Source: an uncultured bacterium
Lineage (GTDB): Bacteria; Patescibacteriota; Minisyncoccia; Phycocordibacterales; GWA1-40-21
Length of the DNA: 64,000 bases
Assembly: GCA_903831595.1 (NCBI GenBank)
Contig: CAIKXY010000004.1
Coordinates: forward strand, 7,152-71,151
Reading direction: 5' to 3'
Under the pieces are notes generated by a model. The model saw nothing but the letters and a program-made list of their open reading frames with translations. It did no database searches and was not told where the DNA came from. Below are positions 59,296-64,000 of the stretch, one piece after another. Within the stretch, counting starts at the first letter, position 1. Each line of letters begins with the position of its first letter. Both the position numbers and the translations under genes were made by a program.

Positions 59296-60693
59296 TTATT
59301 TTTTCTTTTTTATTTCAATTCCCAACTCTCTTAGTTGCTCTGTTGAAACTTCTGTGGGTGCATCCATCATAAGATCTCTGCCCTCCCCAGTTTTTGCAAA
59401 AGCAATTACCTCACGGATATTTGGTTCGTTTTCTAAAATCATAATCATTCTATCGAGTCCCCAGGCAATTCCACCATGCGGAGGTGTCCCGGTTTCAAAC
59501 GCTTTAAGCATATGACCATATTCTCTTTCAATTTTTACATCATCAAAATCCATAATTTCAAGAACTTTTCTTAAAGCTTCTGGTCTATGATTTCTAATGC
59601 TTCCACCACCCATTTCATTGCCGTTTAAAGCAAGGTCATATTGTGCTGCCATTATTTTTTCAATATTTTTTTTGGCCATTAAATCATCAAACGACTCTGT
59701 TTTTGTTGCTGAAAATGGATTGTGCGTAAATGTCCATTTTCCATTATCTGCTTTTTCAAACATAGGAAAATCTACAATCCAAGCAAAAGCTAGCAAATCT
59801 TTATCATTTTTGTCTTTTCTTATATCTGGTTTATCTGTTCCATATTTTTCCATAGCTTCTTTATAAGAAATTTTTGGGAAAGGAATTTCCTGGATTTTTT
59901 TATGAGGATAAAGTTTATTTATTATTTCAATTATAATTTTTTCATTAACATTCATTACATCTTCTTCTGTTGCAAAACTCATTTCCAAGTCCATCTGAGT
60001 AAACTCTGGCTGTCTGTCGCCTCTTGAATCCTCATCTCGAAAACATCTTGCAAATTGAAAATACTTTTCAAACCCAGAAGCCATCAAAAGTTGTTTATAT
60101 TGTTGTGGAGATTGTGGAAGAACATAAAATTTTCCTTGTTCAAGTCTTGAAGGAATTATAAAATCTCTTGAACCTTCAGCGGTTGCTTTTGTAAGATTTG
60201 GGGTTTCAATTTCACAAAAACCTTCTTTTTCTAACAAAATTCTTGTGAGTGTCATGACCTTGCTTCTATTTCGAATATTTTTCTGCATTCTTGGTCTTCG
60301 TAAATCCAAATATCTGTATTTCAAACGAGCGTCCTCACCAATTTCAATTCCGTCAGAACGCACATCAATAGCTGGAGTAATTGCTTCATTCAAAACATTT
60401 ATAGATAAAACTTCAATTTCGACACCACCATTTAATTCATCTTTATTTACCATTTTTTCAGGGCGGGCATTTACTTTTCCAGAAACTTCAAGAACCCATT
60501 CTGAACGAACGGTGTTTGCTAAAGTGTGAGCTTCTTTATGGTTTGGTAATGCAACCATCTGAACTTTTCCAGACATGTCGCGAAGGTCAATAAAAATAAG
60601 TTTGCCGTGGTCACGTCGAACATCCACCCAGCCACAGATTTTTACTTCCTCTCCAACCTTCTTATTTAATTCTCCAATGTATGTTCGTTGCAT
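59296..60693 (-). CDS. aspS: aspartate--tRNA ligase (short form, apparently lacking the GAD insertion)
   Basis: N-terminal OB fold (CGWVDVRRDHGKLIFIDLRD). Class II motif 2 (FRDEDSRGDRQPEFTQMDLE) and motif 3 (GGGSIRNH...GTPPHGGIAWGLDR). Start set at an internal ATG (MQRTYIG...). The upstream ORF extension overlaps the T-box leader. Confidence 0.85.
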   Translation of the reverse strand: MQRTYIGELNKKVGEEVKICGWVDVRRDHGKLIFIDLRDMSGKVQMVALPNHKEAHTLANTVRSEWVLEVSGKVNARPEKMVNKDELNGGVEIEVLSINVLNEAITPAIDVRSDGIEIGEDARLKYRYLDLRRPRMQKNIRNRSKVMTLTRILLEKEGFCEIETPNLTKATAEGSRDFIIPSRLEQGKFYVLPQSPQQYKQLLMASGFEKYFQFARCFRDEDSRGDRQPEFTQMDLEMSFATEEDVMNVNEKIIIEIINKLYPHKKIQEIPFPKISYKEAMEKYGTDKPDIRKDKNDKDLLAFAWIVDFPMFEKADNGKWTFTHNPFSATKTESFDDLMAKKNIEKIMAAQYDLALNGNEMGGGSIRNHRPEALRKVLEIMDFDDVKIEREYGHMLKAFETGTPPHGGIAWGLDRMIMILENEPNIREVIAFAKTGEGRDLMMDAPTEVSTEQLRELGIEIKKKK

Positions 60694-60699
60694 AAAAAT

Positions 60700-60890
60700 T
60701 TTAATTAATCTATTAAAAACAAATCGCCCTCGCAAGAACCGAAAATATTTTCGATTTTTGCGAGGGCGAACGAGTCGCGGTGCCACCTCACTTACTTCTC
60801 ATTTATGGGTTCTACTTGCCAAAAGGCTTTCTTCCCAAGCTCCGCTGTTGTTTTCAGCATCAACGCTTATATCTATATAATACAACTATT
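60700..60890 (-). promoter_or_regulatory. T-box riboswitch leader upstream of aspS (T-box sequence plus intrinsic terminator/antiterminator)
   Basis: The minus-strand RNA contains AGGUGGCACCGCGACUCG (T-box consensus GGUGGNACCGCG). An 11-bp terminator stem CGCCCUCGCAA / UUGCGAGGGCG with a 22-nt loop follows immediately, then AUUUGUUUUU, 20-30 nt before the aspS start. Confidence 0.6.
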
Positions 60891-60891
60891 A

Positions 60892-61887
60892 TTAATAAAT
60901 TTCCACTCCCACTTTCTCTCTTACATCCTTCATTTTCTTTTCTGCATTTGCTGATGCTTTTTTGGCACCATTTTTAAGAATTTCAAAAACTGCATCCAAA
61001 TCTTTAGCTAATTTTTCTCTTTTTTCTCGCATTGGTTTTATAAAGGCAGACAAATCTTTTATGAGTAACTCTTTTGCTTCTTTATAACCCATTCCTCCTT
61101 TTTGGTATTTTTCTCTCAAAGTTTTTTGTTTATCTGTGTCCAAAAGTAATTTATGAATTGCAAAAATAATTGACTCATCTGGATTTTTTGATTCAGCCAC
61201 ACCTTTTGAATCTGTTGGAATTTTCATCACCAGTTTTTTTATTTCTTCATCAGTAGCAAAAAGTGGAATTTCATTGTCATAACTTTTACTCATTTTTCTT
61301 CCATCTATTCCAGGAACAGTTTCTACATTAGAAAGAATCAGTGGTTCTGGTAATCTAAAAGTCTCTCCAAAAATTCTATTAAACTTTTGCGCTGTGTCTC
61401 TTGCATATTCCACGTGCTGTTTTTGATCTTGCCCCACAGGAACGATATCTGCATCCTGCATCAAAATATCTGAAGCCATAAGCATTGGATAATCAAAAAG
61501 CCCAACATTTATTTCTTTATTTTTTGCTTCAGCATCTTTGAAAGCATGTGCACGCATCAGATAAGGCATCGTTGTAAGACAATTAAAAATCCAAGTGAGT
61601 TCTGTCACTTGTGGAATATCGGATTGTTTAAAAAGTGTAATTTTCTTTGGATCAAGTCCTATCGCTAAATAATTTAATGCGACATCAATAATCCCTTGCT
61701 TAAGCTCTTCTTTATTTTGGACTGTTGTCATTGCATGATAATCGGCAATAAAAATATAGCTTTCATATTTATCTTGGAGGTCTACCATTTGTTTCATCGC
61801 TCCAAAGTAATTTCCAATATGAACTCTACCTGTTGGTTTAACTCCTGATAAAAGGATTTTTTTATTATTTATTTGATTTATTTTCAT
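60892..61887 (-). CDS. trpS: tryptophan--tRNA ligase
   Basis: HIGH-class motif (SGVKPTGRVHIGNYFGA) and KMSKS. Confidence 0.9.
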   Translation of the reverse strand: MKINQINNKKILLSGVKPTGRVHIGNYFGAMKQMVDLQDKYESYIFIADYHAMTTVQNKEELKQGIIDVALNYLAIGLDPKKITLFKQSDIPQVTELTWIFNCLTTMPYLMRAHAFKDAEAKNKEINVGLFDYPMLMASDILMQDADIVPVGQDQKQHVEYARDTAQKFNRIFGETFRLPEPLILSNVETVPGIDGRKMSKSYDNEIPLFATDEEIKKLVMKIPTDSKGVAESKNPDESIIFAIHKLLLDTDKQKTLREKYQKGGMGYKEAKELLIKDLSAFIKPMREKREKLAKDLDAVFEILKNGAKKASANAEKKMKDVREKVGVEIY

Positions 61888-62110
61888 TAATGTATAATAG
61901 CAAACTTAATTTTTTTTTCAAAGCACAACAATAAACCACTTGTAAAATGAGGAAAGTGTGTTAACATACTACCAGATGGTCCTCTAAATATTTTAAGTGG
62001 AAGACTTATGTTTCTGATTTATTTTTAATTGGAAATATAATCCTTCCACTTAATAAGGATAATAATAATGGTAAATCCCATAAACGTAATCTACTAACAA
62101 GGAGGCTTTT

Positions 62111-63109
62111 ATGTCACAGGTTATTTTGTCAGGTATACGAGCAACCGGAAGACTACATTTTGGTAATTTTCTCGGCGCAGTTCAAAACTTTGTAAAGTTT
62201 CAAGAGCAAATCGATGCTACCTGCATGTATTTTGTGGCTGATTGGCACACATTAACGACCCTTAAGGATCCGGAGGTATTGCGTTCAAACTTGATTGAGA
62301 TGATTAAGGATTATATTGCAGCTGGGCTCGATCCAAATAAGTCAATAATTTATACCCAATCAAGCATTCCAGAGATTGCTGAGCTAGCTTTATATTTGAG
62401 TATGTTTCAGCCAATTAATGAGCTGAACCTTATTCCTACTTATAAAGAATTGGTTCGCAAAAATCCAGATCAGGTGAGTCTTGGACTCCTGTCATATCCA
62501 ATCCTTATGGCAGCAGATATCCTTGGTCCACGGGCAACAATGATCCCCGTTGGAGAGGATCAAATACCAAATGTGGAATTGGCCCGATCACTTGCTCAAC
62601 GTTTTAATCGTCGTTTTGGAGAAATATTTGTAATACCAGAGATGATGGAGCAAATGATAAAAGTTCCTGGTCTTGATGGTAACAAAATGGGTAAATCAGA
62701 TAATAATTCCATTGAGATTGGTGCACCAATGAATATTATTGGTAAGCTGTACATGAAAAAAGGTATTACCGATCCAGAAAGAAAACACTTGATGGATTTG
62801 GGTGATCCTTATAACCGTTGTAAATCAGTTTACGGAATTCATGAGCTCATTACTCAAGATGAAAAAGATCTCCGCGTCATTGCAAACAAATGCATGAAAG
62901 CTGAAATTAGCTGCGTTGAATGCAAAAAGATATTAGTCGAAAGTATCGCAAAGATACTTATACCTTTTCAAGAAAAAAGGAAAGAATTAACTGATAAGGA
63001 TGACTATGTGAGTGAAATACTTTACGAAGGTGGAAAACGAGCTCGTTCAATAATTGCAAAAACTGTAGCGGTTGTTCGAGATAAAATGGGGATCGTTCTC
63101 TACAGTTAG
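62111..63109 (+). CDS. tryptophan--tRNA ligase paralog (TrpRS-II) with a C-x23-C-x6-C-x2-C putative Fe-S motif
   Basis: SGIRATGRLHFGNFLGA and KMGKS motifs. C-terminal Cys motif NRC...(23 aa)...CMKAEISCVECKK. RBS GGAGG. Third-position GC is visibly higher than in neighbouring genes. Confidence 0.85.
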   Translation: MSQVILSGIRATGRLHFGNFLGAVQNFVKFQEQIDATCMYFVADWHTLTTLKDPEVLRSNLIEMIKDYIAAGLDPNKSIIYTQSSIPEIAELALYLSMFQPINELNLIPTYKELVRKNPDQVSLGLLSYPILMAADILGPRATMIPVGEDQIPNVELARSLAQRFNRRFGEIFVIPEMMEQMIKVPGLDGNKMGKSDNNSIEIGAPMNIIGKLYMKKGITDPERKHLMDLGDPYNRCKSVYGIHELITQDEKDLRVIANKCMKAEISCVECKKILVESIAKILIPFQEKRKELTDKDDYVSEILYEGGKRARSIIAKTVAVVRDKMGIVLYS

Positions 63110-63119
63110 AACAAATTAT

Positions 63120-63199
63120 GGCTCCGTCTCAAAGGCGGAGCCATTTTATAAAATGTTTTATTAAAAACCCCCTCATTAAATTGAGGGGGTTTATTTTTA
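63120..63199. terminator. two terminator hairpins (GGCTCCG-tctcaaag-CGGAGCC and AACCCCCTCA-ttaaat-TGAGGGGGTT, the second flanked by A and T runs)
   Basis: Located between the trpS paralog (+) and tRNA-Trp (-). Confidence 0.6.
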
Positions 63200-63203
63200 T
63201 AAT

Positions 63204-63277
63204 TGGCGGACGCGGTGGGACTCGAACCCACGGTACTGGTTTTGGAGACCAGAAGTTTACCACTAACCAACGCGTCC
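63204..63277 (-). tRNA. tRNA-Trp (anticodon CCA)
   Basis: Reverse complement GGACGCGTTGGTTAGTGGTAAACTTCTGGTCTCCAAAACCAGTACCGTGGGTTCGAGTCCCACCGCGTCCGCCA. Anticodon loop CTCCAAA, a 7-bp acceptor stem, and an encoded 3' CCA. Confidence 0.85.
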
Positions 63278-63469
63278 ACACAACAAATGTAATGAAATCT
63301 ATAAATAGATTACACTTTAAATACTTTTTTGTCAAACATAATAAAATGTTATGTATATATTAAAGGGTAAAATTATTTACTACATTGCTTATTTTATAAA
63401 CATATGATAGCATTTTTTTAGATTTACAAAGTACTTTAATATAATAATCTTATAAAAAGGAGACGAAAA

Positions 63470-63985
63470 ATGACAAAGTCTAATTTTCTTTTTGAAGCAG
63501 TCGTTAAAAAGCTTGAATCAAACAAAGTATTTTTTAACATTATTGAACATAAGCCATTATTTATCATGGAAGATGTGTACAATACACTAAATGTTAAGCC
63601 TGAAAAAACAGCCAAGACCATTCTGTTGTCTGTCGATGATTATGGATTAATTGCAGTGGTAGTTCCAGGACTTTCTAAGGTAGATTTAGCTAAGATAGCT
63701 AAATCAATTATTAAACCACGCAATAAAATTAAATTTGCGGAAAAAAAGGAGGTTGAAAAAATAGGGATTTCAATTGGCTCTGTTTCTCCGTTTTTTGATT
63801 GTTTTGCAAAAATGATAGTTGACAAAAGTCTTCTATCACAAGATATAGTTTTCTGTGGGTCAGGTGACCTCAGTAAAACTATTTCTGTCCAAATTCATAA
63901 TTTATTAAAAATCACATCTGCTGAAATAGCAGACGTGATCAAAGACAAACAACCTACAGGAGGAATTGAAAATGAAAACATATAG
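63470..63985 (+). CDS. YbaK/ProX-like aminoacyl-tRNA deacylase domain protein
   Basis: 171 aa. The ...KTILLSVDD..LIAVVVPG...KVDLAKIAK...VSPFF... pattern fits the YbaK/ProX editing-domain fold. Confidence 0.55.
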   Translation: MTKSNFLFEAVVKKLESNKVFFNIIEHKPLFIMEDVYNTLNVKPEKTAKTILLSVDDYGLIAVVVPGLSKVDLAKIAKSIIKPRNKIKFAEKKEVEKIGISIGSVSPFFDCFAKMIVDKSLLSQDIVFCGSGDLSKTISVQIHNLLKITSAEIADVIKDKQPTGGIENENI

Positions 63986-64000
63986 GGATGATGATTGGTG

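Noticed and set aside
60694-60786. N-terminal 31-codon extension of the aspS ORF (MAPRLVRPRKNRKYFRFLRGRFVFNRLIKIF)
   Set aside because: It is a translation of the T-box leader and terminator. The conserved AspRS N-terminus begins at the internal Met.
63118-63363. 81-aa and 68-aa ORFs (both strands) across the tRNA-Trp locus
   Set aside because: They cover terminator hairpins and the tRNA-Trp gene and are artefacts.
1-64000. CRISPR arrays, rRNA genes, transposases or integrases
   Set aside because: No regularly spaced short direct repeats, rRNA-like conserved blocks, or transposase or integrase motifs were seen. The only repeat families are the 31-bp pair near 29 kb and the intragenic 264-bp duplication.

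Overview
The window is AT-rich with compact gene spacing, and many genes lack an obvious Shine-Dalgarno sequence. Together with a 2,906-aa surface protein and a small-genome gene repertoire, this suggests (inference only) a Patescibacteria/CPR-like or similar reduced genome. Most of the window is core machinery: Y-family polymerase DinB; rpoB-rpoC-dnaG-rpoD in one colinear block; dnaB, recR and pyrG; ribosomal proteins L21, L9 and L27; and the cell-wall genes mraY-ftsW-murG plus an M23 peptidase, uppP, an S11 D,D-carboxypeptidase and Ctp protease. There is also an aminoacyl-tRNA cluster: a HIT protein, aspS preceded by a T-box leader, two divergent TrpRS paralogs (the second with an Fe-S-type Cys motif), tRNA-Trp(CCA) and a YbaK-like deacylase, plus gltX and tRNA-Gln(TTG) elsewhere. 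An ECF sigma/putative anti-sigma pair sits between two ABC exporters (an ABC-2 type and a HlyD/MacB/FtsX set). scpA and scpB are split by a GNAT gene. The non-standard content is: (1) a 1,384-aa protein with about 15 tandem helical repeats, a coiled coil and a C-terminal GNAT domain; (2) a roughly 700-bp gene-free region between a DUF2779 nuclease-like gene and dsbA, holding a near-consensus sigma70 promoter, a structured RNA of about 330 nt, terminators and a 31-bp perfect direct repeat carrying a palindromic hairpin; (3) a 2,906-aa cell-surface protein with DUF285/BspA-type repeats, a beta-helix, LamG and Ig/CHB_HEX-like domains and an internal 264-bp tandem duplication; and (4) an RpoD whose N-terminus is a lysine-rich histone-H1-like tail. 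No CRISPR array, rRNA or recognisable transposase was seen. The ORF-track coordinates are used as the reference for protein-coding genes; RNA and motif coordinates were hand-counted from the printed sequence and may be off by 1-2 nt.
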